Source of the DNA: Psammoneis japonica
Lineage: Eukaryota
Length of the DNA stretch: 64,000 bases
Assembly: GCA_008632985.1 (NCBI GenBank)
Contig: QPGO01000005.1
Span: 310,001-374,000 of the forward strand
Direction of reading: 5' to 3'
Shown: positions 34,827-45,026 of the stretch, one piece after another
How the letters are laid out: each line of letters begins with the position of its first letter
Position numbering within the stretch: the stretch's first letter is position 1
The notes under the pieces: generated by a model
Seen by the model: only the letters and a program-made list of their open reading frames with translations
Database searches by the model: none
What the model was told of the DNA's origin: nothing
Position numbers and translations under genes: made by a program

Positions 34827-36398
34827 CTAGTCTTCTTTCTCATGCTTTAGCTGTGTATAAGCTGCAAGTGCGTTGTGAATCAACGAAGAAGTTGTCGGGG
34901 ACACAGCTTTGCGGCTCTTGTTCATCACTGTGTTATGCTTTCCTTTTGGTATTTGCAGAGGTACTCCCGGTTTCTTTGAAAGTTGTGCAGCCGAGGGTAC
35001 TGAAGCTGCATCGTCCGAAGGAGACTTCACTGTGTGCACTGTTAGTTTCGAGCTGCTCTTGGTCTCTTCCAAAGTTGAGTCCATTGACTTCTTAGCCGAC
35101 CCTTTTTCTGATCCGTTTTGCAAGTCGTTAGTATCCACAAGGACAGGCGTTGCATTACCAATCGTTGTTTGCGCAGTCGAAATTGGCGTTGTAACAACAC
35201 TGCCGTTCTTACATGGACGGCTATCTACAACCTTTTTCTTTCCGTCCGTCCCAGTAGCTGGCTGTGATGTTGTAGATACGGCTTTGTCTTTTTTGCTTTC
35301 CACTTTTCTCTGATCAATCGGTTCTCCCGCTTCAATTCGTCGCCGCAATTCCTTAAATGCTGCTATATCAAAGTAATGCATGTTACTTTTCGGATCCCTG
35401 TAGCGTGCTGGTTTTCCAGTAATGACACAAATCTTCTTTTTCGACAGACGTGGTCAGCCGTTTTTGTCTGTTTTCTCGCAAGAATCGCAGGCACGCGTCC
35501 ATTTCAGGAAATGTTAATGTATTGAAGCGACCACGTCGGGAATGAAACTTTGAAACGACTTTTCCGCCCCTAGCATCCCGTTGGCCGGCCGTGGTCTTGG
35601 CGGAGAGAGCATTCTCCAAATCCTGATTTCGCTTTCTCCCCAACAGCCATCTTTCGTTCTCGGGCTCTGTAACTGTTGCAGCCTCTAGCAAGAGCTCTTC
35701 TTGCGTAAAACGTTTTTGTCGTTTCTTTGCCTGTTGTGAAGTCTGCTGCGACGACTGTCGTGTGGCTTCCGACTTTTTGATTTCTTGCGCTTTGGTGCGT
35801 GCTCGTAAGGTTCGCCTCGCTGCCGCTTGAGTAGACCGAAGCGATCGAGTCGATGCAAGCGTTCCCACTTGTTTTGCGGGACTAGTTGTTTTTGCTTTTG
35901 TTTCCTTAACATATGCTTGTTGTGGTATTGCCGCGACACCAGTAGCTATGGGTTGAGGCGGCACTGCAGCGCCAGCAGACGGTGGAAGGTTCAGAACGAG
36001 CCCCGCATTGAAACCATCGCCCATGAGATCCTTCTTTCTTTTTCTCGACGTCCCTTTCTTTTTCTTCAAAAGATCTCTACCGGCATTCGATATATCCATA
36101 TGCTTCTTTCTACTGGAGCTTCGTTCGAGTCGCTGAAGTTCCGCTTCTTCTGCTGCTCCTGCTGCAACTTCGTCGGCTTCATGGTCGGACTCGCTATCGT
36201 CAAAATCGGAATCGAATCGGTCCACTCGCTGCTCCGAGTCTTCATCAGATTCACGAAAGACTCGTTTCCCGAATCGTTCTCGTCGGCCCACACGTCATGC
36301 GACCAGAATGCATCATCGTCCTCGGCTGCCTTTCCCACAAGACTTGACATTCGCCGTCCAGCAGTGGCACGGCGTTCTCGTTCCGTCACCGCCGACAT
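34827..36398 (-). CDS. VPS72: SWR1 complex subunit Vps72/YL1 (apparent frameshifts near 36257 and 35440-35495)
   Basis: RERRATAGRRMSSL, DxFDSDFDD, FTQEELLLEA...TEPEN..WL and the YL1-C motif CVITGKPARYRDPK...Y....AFKELR, recovered across reading frames. Confidence 0.85.
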
Positions 36399-36797
36399 GG
36401 TTTCTACTTTATGATTCCTCGCAAGGCGTTACAAGCTCAAAGACAAAATACAAACAAACCTGCAATTCAGAATCAAGAGACAGCCATTCTCCGCCGACTC
36501 GGTGGTATGATGTATGGATAGGGATGACACGAACACACCGACTATTATCGACGCTTTTTTGCTTCTCTGCTCCACATCGTCGCTGGCGGTGGCGGTGGGC
36601 CCGCCGGTGGCAGCAAAAGTTGCCGCGCGATCAAACGCGCAACTCTTTGGACGCAGGGAGGGTTTAGTTTGGATTATCTTGCTTCCACTTAGAGTGATTA
36701 CTGTATGCTACTATAGCTAGTCTAGAGAGTTGAGAGTACAGTAATGTACATTGGTGGAAGAGAAAACAAAGTGATGTAATTTCTTTTGACTTAGCCC

Positions 36798-38782
36798 TTA
36801 CGGAACGGTCGCGGGATCGTAACAATAGTCAATGTCGAACACTCCAAATCCCGAGCAACCTGGAACGGGCTCAAATCCTTGGCGACGTTTGCATAATAAA
36901 CCGGGTTTACACTCAGAATCTTCGTCGCAATCCCCTTGGCAAGCGGAAAAAGGAATGCCATACTTTGAACGCTTAAACGTAAAAAGTTGGGGTTCACCTG
37001 GGTTGGACGGAGGTTCTTGACCGTACAGTGGGTTGTAACAATAGTCACGACCCTTATAGCCTTCGTACTCATCCGAGCAACCTGGAATAACTTCGTAATT
37101 CTTACGCTTGAAACAAGTCAAACCTAGAGAAGCATCACAATCGCTGTTGGTGTCACAATCACCTTGGCACATGCCAAGTTTGGGACTAGGGTTTGATTCT
37201 GTCGTGATATCTTGAAGTAGAGGAAGGTTTTCGTCGTTGCCAATTGAAAGTGTTGGCGCAAGCGTTGTGGCCTTTGCTGTCGGACTGACGTATGGCGACA
37301 TTGTAGGTGGAGCAGTGGTGGGGAAGGGTGTAGGAGAGGCGGTTGGGGGTGGTGCTGCTGTTCTTTTTGGTACCGTTGGAGCTGCCCCCTTGTTCTCATC
37401 AAAGCAATAATCAGTGGAATGGGTTCCTGCGCCGGCACAATTGGGGACGTCTTCGTACGCGTCGCGTTTAAAACATTTCAGCCCGCCCTGGCAATCTTTG
37501 TTGCTATCGCAGTCACCTATGTTGATATCGTGAAAGAGGTGGTTAGTAAGAGAGAAAATGAATAGCGTGTTTGCGTTTGGTCGATAGAGTCAGACGGGAC
37601 ATACCTTCGCACTCGCCGAGTGGATACTCGGGAGATTCATCTACTACAATATCAGTGAGCTCTTTCATTGTCGGAGCCGGCGTCGGAGAGAGCGTGGGAG
37701 AGCCTGTAGGAGCTTTCGTTGTTGGAGAGCTTGTAGGGGCGGTAGTTGTTGGAGATGACGTAGGTGGTGCTGAGGCTGAGGTTCTTTTTGGTACCGTTGG
37801 AGCTGCCCCCTTGTTCTCATCAAAGCAATAATCAGTGGAATGGGTTCCTGCGCCGGCACAATTGGGGACGTCTTCGTACGCGTCGCGTTTAAAACATTTC
37901 AGCCCACCCTGGCAATCTTTGTTGCTATCGCAGTCACCTATGTTGATATCGTGAAAGAGGTGGTTAGCAAGGGGGGATATGAACCGCGTGTTTGCGTTTG
38001 GTTGATAGAGTCAGACGGGACATACCTTCACACTCGCCGAGTGGATAATCGGGAGATTCATCTATCACAATGTCAGTGAGTTCTTTCATTGTCGGAGCCG
38101 GCGTCGGAGAGAGCGTGGGAGAGCCAGTAGGAGCTTTCGTCGTTGGAGAGCTTGTAGGGGCGGTAGTTGTTGGAGATGACGTTGGTGGTGTAGATGGACT
38201 GGGTGTTTCAGCTGGAGAGGTAGTAGTTTTTGTTTCAGGAGGAATTTCGGACACAGCCTTGTCCATCCTAGGATCGGGAGCGTTGGGGTCGTAACAATAA
38301 TTAACACCTTTCTTTCCTTTTCCAAAACATCCTCTGACTTCCTCATAGGCGGTTCGCCTCTTACATACGAGTCCTTCCTTGCAGTGCTTCTTACTGCTAG
38401 TGCAGTGTCCCTCGCATGCACCGACTTTGAAAAGCTCCGGGGTTCTATGATATCGTCCAACATACGTGAGTCGCTTCAACGCGTCCTTGTATCGTACACA
38501 GTACCCCGTGTCAGGCTTTCCCTTTCCTTTGCAGCCGGGAACTTCAGCAAACCCAACACGTCTGAAGCAGAACAAGCTTTTTCCTTTACAGTCGTCGTTT
38601 GTTGAACATGGGCCGCGGCACCTTCCCATGGGCTCCACCTTGTTTGGCACCCAAGATAACTGAAAAAGAGCCCGATGATTCTCGCCGACATCTTCATCGA
38701 GGAGATGGCTTTCACCGCTAACATTCAAAGCGATAAAAGCCGAAAGGATAGTGATGTTCTGTAAGAGAGTCTTGACATTCAT
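36798..38782 (-). CDS. Frustulin-like secreted cell-wall protein, 6 Cys-rich domains; 3 exons
   Basis: Signal peptide (ATG 38782); six C.G.C....DC..GL.C..R....VP.C.G.....DYC domains with TxAPTxSPT linkers; two introns inside the CEG|DCD motif. Confidence 0.88.
37360..38190. repeat. Near-identical 421-bp tandem duplication of an exon-intron-exon module in the frustulin-like gene
   Basis: 37360-37769 matches 37781-38190, including the intron. Confidence 0.95.
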
Positions 38783-39299
38783 GGTGCTGAAACGCTTTCT
38801 TTCGAATTTGTGAGACTGGCTGTGGGTCATGACATCCGATTTCAGATTATCTCGCGATTATTCTTGAGGATGCCGGTACTAACTCTCGTACAACAAATAT
38901 GTAATTCTACGAGTGTACGAGAATCAATCGTAGATTCGATAGAATTTCGAAATTCGCTTTCAAAGCATAAATTAAATAAAATATGGATATATACAAATAA
39001 GATGGGTTAATGGCCGAATAAGTCATTGGCATGTCTATTGCCTGGGGCGGGTTTCAACGACTCCGATAGTTAGTACATAACGTTATGGACATTTTGGCAC
39101 AATACCGTGGAAGTCATTCCCGCGCAAACTCACAAATTCAAGATCAAGAGTTCGGTTCGCCGTGCCTTCCATCGTCGTCGGAAGCTCCGACCAGTCCTAA
39201 CAAACCGTTCTGGTAGAGTCCCCCTTGTTCACGCAAAGAAGCTCTATCACACAACATGTTGGCAATGTGTTGCATTCAAAAACCAGATCTAAATTTAAA

Positions 39300-40720
39300 G
39301 TGCCATCACTCCTTTGCCGGCTGTGCCGGTGCTGGCTGACCCACATCCCCAGCACACAGCTGAGTGCGGCAGGAGCTTGCACGGGATTGGCTGGAATGGG
39401 CATCACCAGAAGGTGACACCCCACCAAGACAACTAAAAAGGAATGACTCACATGAGGGATTCATTGCATGCTTGTTGATGACAGCCACAGAAGGAACACG
39501 CCACAGCTGCAGCAGCGGACAATTGCGCTCGGCAGACAGGTTTTTAAAATGGTCCACAAAAGGAGCCTTGAAGGCAAGACAAGCAGGTCATCAGAGAAAA
39601 TGTTCATGGCACACAGAAACAACACTGGGTCTTGTACAGAAAAGCCAACGGGAGCAGCAAACCGAAGACAATCAAGTGGCGCCACAGGATGACTCGCGCG
39701 CTCTTGCTGAAAAGGGCCGCAACAGAAGCAGCACAATCACCACAAAGAGCGAAGCACTTGATTGCATGGCAGAGAAAAGAAATGGGGTTGAAGACCAGAT
39801 GGCAAGGACAAAAGCAGTCTGGAGAAGTAACACGTAGATGGTCAGTGGCAACGCGCAGAAACAACGCCAGATCTTGCGCAGAAAAACAGGCGGGAGTGGC
39901 AAATGGAAAACAATCAAATGACTCCAAATGACAACTGACATTCTTGCTGAAAAGAGCTGCAATGGAAGCAGCACTTGCACCACAAAGAGTGAAGGACTTG
40001 ATTGCATGGCAAGGAAAGGAAGTGGCGCTGAAGACCGACTGGCAAGGACAAAAGCAGGCCGGAGAAGTGACGCAGCAGCACCCGCGGATCCACACAGAAT
40101 TTGTGCTAGAACCTGTGCAGAAAATTTTCTGAGACAAAAGAAAATTACAAGAAATGACAACTGGCACATGATGAGCCAACAGGCAGCGACACTCGTCATT
40201 TTCCACTGATGAACTTTGCCCATCATGCCGCACAACAAGAGTGCGCGCCATTGGCAAACGTGGACAGAACGGGCTTGTTGGCTGGAGCCAAATCAACACC
40301 ATCTGAGAATGGTGACATCAGCACAAGAGCACATGCATGAACACATGCAGGAGGTTGCCAGTGGGTGCATGCACAGAAGAGTGCATTCAAAGAACTCTGG
40401 AGCGCACTTTTGCAGAACAACATTGTGTCTTTCTCAAGGAGGAGCAGGTTTGAGTGCACTGTGCCAGCCCTTCCAGTTTTAGTGTGGAGCAGTGTCCACA
40501 TCAATGACAACACCACCTCCATCACTGTGAAACAAACCATTTGTCCCACTCGCAGTGCTTGCAGTGGACACAGCCAAGCGCGCCGTGCTTTTTCCTCGTG
40601 GATTGCGAGTTTTGAAGTCAGAGGGCCGCCTCTGTCTGTGGTGTCATGAATGTCTAGAGTGACAGCAAACACGGAAAAATCCATGTTGAAATGAAAATGA
40701 CTGCGCAATCAACCTGGGCT
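39300..40720. mobile_element. Degenerate repeat/TE relic, TpA-depleted island
   Basis: About 9 TA dinucleotides in ~1.4 kb by manual count, TG/CA-rich, no credible ORF, contains an internal ~241-bp duplication. TE family not identified. Confidence 0.55.
39608..40080. repeat. Diverged ~241-bp tandem duplication
   Basis: CAGAAACAAC at 39614/39856, GCTGAAAAG at 39706/39946, GGCAAGGACAAAAGCAG at 39801/40041. Confidence 0.9.
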
Positions 40721-40966
40721 GCCAACCGAAGGACCTCTACTCTAGCTAGCAGCTCTCTACTGGCAGCAGCATTTATTTTGTCATTCCGTTGATTATAGCT
40801 CATCCGCCCATACATCATCACTCGAGATTTTGACCTTTATTCTTTTATTCTAAATACTGTATGGTAAATTACCAATTTAATTATTTATATTTGTAGAAAA
40901 AAGATATCCATTCGAAAAAGCCGCAATCCGCCGCAACAAGCCGACATCGCATTTTTTCTTTTCGCC

Positions 40967-42580
40967 ATGACGACTCCAACACGCCATCAAGCCACACTTG
41001 TTGCTTGTGTCATTCTCCTGGCTATTCCTGCTACTGCCGAACCTATAGTATGCCCAGTGGTTGCAAGCACAGACAATAGCACCACGTTGAACCACATTGA
41101 CTCCGTCAAACGGTACAACGAGCTCTCAGGATTGGCCATCTCGCCCACACAAACCGGACCGAGCGGGCAACCCATTCTTTATGGAGCCAACGATGGCGGC
41201 GGAGGAGAACGAATGGGCGTATGGGATACGGGTACAGGAGAACGAATCATGTCACTGCGAATCCCCAACAACCGCTTGAAAAACACGGACTGGGAAGACA
41301 TGACAATCGGTTCCTGCGGTTCGACTGGCGTGGATGATGTGTGCATCTACATTGCGGACGTGGGCGACAATGTCGCTATTTCATCGTCGGGTAGACGTTC
41401 TCGCCGTAGTGAAGCTGTGCCTTACCAAATTTTGAAGATTCGAGAACCCAACCTGGAAGATTATAGGGACAATGATGTGCTACCTGATTCTTCAGTAAGC
41501 ATCTTACCATTTAACTATTTGCATCCGTCTTCACCGACTGCTGCCGCAGACTGTGAATCCATGTTTATTGATCCTACTGGTTGGGGGGAAGGAGGTGCAA
41601 TTGGGGACTTGTACCTTATTACCAAGTGGTATTGGGATGATAAAGGCAACTGTCGCCTTTTCAAAATTCCAGCCTCGGTATGGCCTGATGATGGAGGGAA
41701 CGGTACCATGTACTCTCCCGAGGCTGTGGGGACCTATGTTGCTGGTGGTGCCCTGGACGCTAGTTGGTATTGGACTCGAGCTGAATCGTCTCGGGACGGG
41801 ACTATCATTCAAGTGGGAGAAGACGTGGAAAACTTTCTGTTTTTACGTTGTCCCGGCGCTACCGTGGCGGAGGTACTGGCCAATCCAGACACGTCTGTGC
41901 AGAATTGTCTTCGATGGTTCGATCCAACACCGGGTCAATCAGAAACCTTTGCATGGATGCCGGATGGAATGAGCAATTTGCAAATTCCGGAATGGAGCCA
42001 CAACATGGGTTGGACAACCATGTCCTATGATGTAACCAAGACAACACAAACATGTCCAGAGGTTGGTTATGTGCAAGGTCAATGCGTGGCGCTTGAAACA
42101 AACGATCCACTTCCGGACGCGTGGTGCCAAGCGGCAAATCCCGATACGAGCACACCGACACTCGCTCCGGTAGACCAGTCAACCGTCGCTCCAACATCAC
42201 GTCCCAGTCCAGGACCAACTCTTTCTTCGGTACATTCAACATTGTCGCCATCGGTTTCACCACCAACTCTTTCTCCGGTGCATTCGACTTTGTCGCCTTC
42301 AGTTTCACCAACTCTTTCTCCCGTGCATTCGACTTTGTCGCCTTCGTTTTCACCTCCAACTCTTTCTCCCGTGGATTGGACTTTGTCACCTTCTATTTCA
42401 CCGCCGCCTCTTTCTGCCGGGGATTTGACAGTGACACCTTCGGTTTCGCCGTCCACAATTGTCTTTTCCAATACATCACCATTGAATGGTGATGATTCTT
42501 CCGATGCCGACAGCATTTTGCGAAATGTTAATCTACCCATTGCTGTCATTGCATGGACACTTTTCTATCTGTGCTTATGA
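40967..42580 (+). CDS. Secreted, probably GPI/membrane-anchored surface protein with a bacterial-type beta-propeller-like domain and Ser/Pro/Thr stalk
   Basis: Signal peptide; ELSGLAIS, NDGG, DWEDMT, IYIADVGDN, DCESMF and LYLITK motifs; TLSPVHSTLSPSVSP repeats (~42215-42400); hydrophobic C-terminus; intronless. Confidence 0.8.
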   Translation: MTTPTRHQATLVACVILLAIPATAEPIVCPVVASTDNSTTLNHIDSVKRYNELSGLAISPTQTGPSGQPILYGANDGGGGERMGVWDTGTGERIMSLRIPNNRLKNTDWEDMTIGSCGSTGVDDVCIYIADVGDNVAISSSGRRSRRSEAVPYQILKIREPNLEDYRDNDVLPDSSVSILPFNYLHPSSPTAAADCESMFIDPTGWGEGGAIGDLYLITKWYWDDKGNCRLFKIPASVWPDDGGNGTMYSPEAVGTYVAGGALDASWYWTRAESSRDGTIIQVGEDVENFLFLRCPGATVAEVLANPDTSVQNCLRWFDPTPGQSETFAWMPDGMSNLQIPEWSHNMGWTTMSYDVTKTTQTCPEVGYVQGQCVALETNDPLPDAWCQAANPDTSTPTLAPVDQSTVAPTSRPSPGPTLSSVHSTLSPSVSPPTLSPVHSTLSPSVSPTLSPVHSTLSPSFSPPTLSPVDWTLSPSISPPPLSAGDLTVTPSVSPSTIVFSNTSPLNGDDSSDADSILRNVNLPIAVIAWTLFYLCL

Positions 42581-42797
42581 CAAACCTTAGAGATGTTTCA
42601 ACGCCGTTTGCTACTGCCGAGTTAAAAATTAGCAGTATGGTAACGAATGTATTGCAATATTTCAAGCGCGACTCTGTCAAGATATGTCAAAATCTCGTCT
42701 GTAAATATGCCTTGTTGCTCCAAAAGGCAATCTAAAGTAGGGGCGTTTTCAAACAAAAGAAACGTTTTCGCAGACGTCATTGAAAACCGAGGTACTT

Positions 42798-44688
42798 TTA
42801 CCAACCTGCCATCATCTCACGTTCGATTTCTCTTTCTATTTCCCTTTCTATCTCGCGTTCAATCTCTCTTTCGATTTCTCGTTCTATCTCGCGCTCAATC
42901 TCCTTTTCAATTTCTCTTTCGATCTCACGCTCAATCTCCTTTTCGATTTCTCTCTCCACCTCACGCTCAATCTCCTTCTCGATTTCTCTCTCCACCTCAC
43001 GCTCTACTTCGCGTTCTATTTCTTTTTCGATCTCCCTTTCCACCTCGCGTTCAATCTCCCTTTCCACCTCGGCTTCAATTTCTCGTTCGATCAAATCTTC
43101 GTACAGGGCCTGTTCGTACATTCCAGTGTAATATCCCATATCATAGCCCAAGCTATACTCTAAACCCGAACACACCGGACCAAAGAGTAGTTCGTCAATG
43201 ACCCATCCGGCCAAGATTGCCAAGAAAACCGCCCCTGCCATGTCACCTGCGCTCATTTGTTGTCGATACTGAACTTTCTCGCCGCTCTTGGATGCGGTAG
43301 GCTTGAAAGTGTAGGGCAAATCAAGGACGCTGCCGGAATGACAACTGTCAATGAGACATGTCACCTTTACGCCTTTTTTCATCGGTTGAACAAAATGATT
43401 AAAGAGGTTGAAGTCACGAATGTGTCCTGCCTTGGGATGATCCAACGGAATCAGCGTTTGATCGTATTCATCGTTCTTTTGTTTGAGCGAGTTCTGATCG
43501 GCTTCTAGGAATCCACCGTGTCCACTGTAATGGAAAAAGACAGAATCACCCTCATTGCTGATCTGAGTCAATGTCTTCAGCTTGGCTATCATTTTTGCCT
43601 TGGTGGGTTGTTCTCCGTCTCCATCATCAGTCAGTAGGGTGATATTTTCTTCCGGGAAGCCGTGTATATTTTTCAGATAATCCTTCATGTGGTAGACATC
43701 ATTGTGACAGCCCCGAAGTTGCCCGTTTTGACCCACGTAATTGATTCCGACCAGTAGAGCCCGTCGTTTGCCACTGGTATTTCCGTCCTCGTCTGTTCCA
43801 CCATGAAGCGTAAAGGGAGTTTCGTCCAAATCAAGTGGTCGACTGCTGGAAAGCTGAGGGACTTGAGAGTGTCCCTGTTCCTTGAGTTTGTCTCGGAGCG
43901 CCATGAGTGCATCCTGAAAGGAAAACTTTTCATCCTGGTACTTGTATAATAGTTCCAACAGGGCCGACGTGCAGCCCCTCCTGCACGTCCCTGGGGTCGG
44001 GCAAACCACTATTGTTGGCGGCGTTCATAACATCGGCGCTGGTTTGCTCGTCTTCGCATCCACTAATCATTCTTACTTCTGCGGGAATGAGTTTCTCGGC
44101 TTGCTGTAAGAATTGTTCTGGATCTTGAGGAGCATCAGCCGCGGCTTCCTCAGGATCAACGGTTGCCTTTTTACGATGGTATTCGGACATGTCACGGCTA
44201 ATGACATTGGTGAGCGGAGGCGGAGGGATTTTGGATTCCGCCTCGGCAATCTTCTCTTGTTTTAAGGCGGCTTGCTTCTTTTGAATGTCTGGTGACACCT
44301 TCTTAGCCGCAACTTGTTTTTGGATACGTGCCTCTTTGTCGGCTTGGGCCTCTCGGCTGTTCTTTTTGGCACTGACCCGTTTCTGGAGTTGGGCGTCCTT
44401 TGCAGCTTGGGTACGCTTGCTGACGACAGCAGCGTCGCCAGTTTTCTTCTTTCCGGTCTTCTTTTTGGCCTCTACTTGCTTCCGTATCCGAGCTCTCCTG
44501 GGATCTTCGGGTTGTTTAGGCTTTGGCTTTGGTTGCTGAGGCTTTGGCCTAGGCTGCTGCTGTTGTTGTTGGTACCGAGGGTTGGGGCTTTGCTGTTGTT
44601 GATAACGAGTCCCTCCGCCAGCCGTAGGACGAGGTTGTTGTTGTGGAGGGCGACCTTCGTTCACTGGGACGGATTGGTCGCAACCCAT
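42798..44688 (-). CDS. Type III metacaspase (p10 before p20) with MGC N-terminus and (I/V)E(R/K)E-repeat tail
   Basis: p10: VRMISGCEDEQTSADV...CTSALL...QVPQLSSSRPLD. p20: RALLVGINY, LRGCHNDV, FHYSGHG, DSCHSG. Two apparent 1-nt deletions at C/G runs near 43975-44000 break the expected PDPxGRAGGAC. Confidence 0.9.
42816..43091 (-). repeat. Coding 12-bp tandem repeat, about 23 x (I/V)E(R/K)E
   Basis: Translation IEREIEAEVEREIEREVEREIEKE...IEREMMAGW; synonymous codons vary between units. Confidence 0.95.
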
Positions 44689-45026
44689 GCTCACTATTGG
44701 ACGTTTGGTTGTCAGAAGTGTTTCTTGATGCTTTCGATGAGACAAAACTCGACCATCTGGATCTCGCTTCTGTTGAACGAGGATATTGCGGATAAAGATG
44801 TTAGTTGTGGCTTGTGGCCGCCATTGGCCGCCAAATAAAAAAAGAGATGATGATGGATTCCTTCTGACGGAAGTTACGACATATATATATTTATTCCGGT
44901 ACATATATTTATGATACGGTAGAACACGACTAAGATATTAGAAATAAGGATTCCGTATTCCAATATCGTTTGCAACTTCGCCATAAGACAGTCGCCAAGC
45001 TTTTCTACACAGCCGAAAGACGGACC

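Noticed and set aside
39210..40740. TIRs bounding the small island (GTAGAGTCC... / ...GGACCTCTAC)
   Set aside because: Only about 9 matching bases with a gap; not distinguishable from chance.
42647..43201. Plus-strand repetitive ORFs (RFLSPPHAQS, FNLSFDFS)
   Set aside because: Antisense shadows of the metacaspase (I/V)E(R/K)E repeat.
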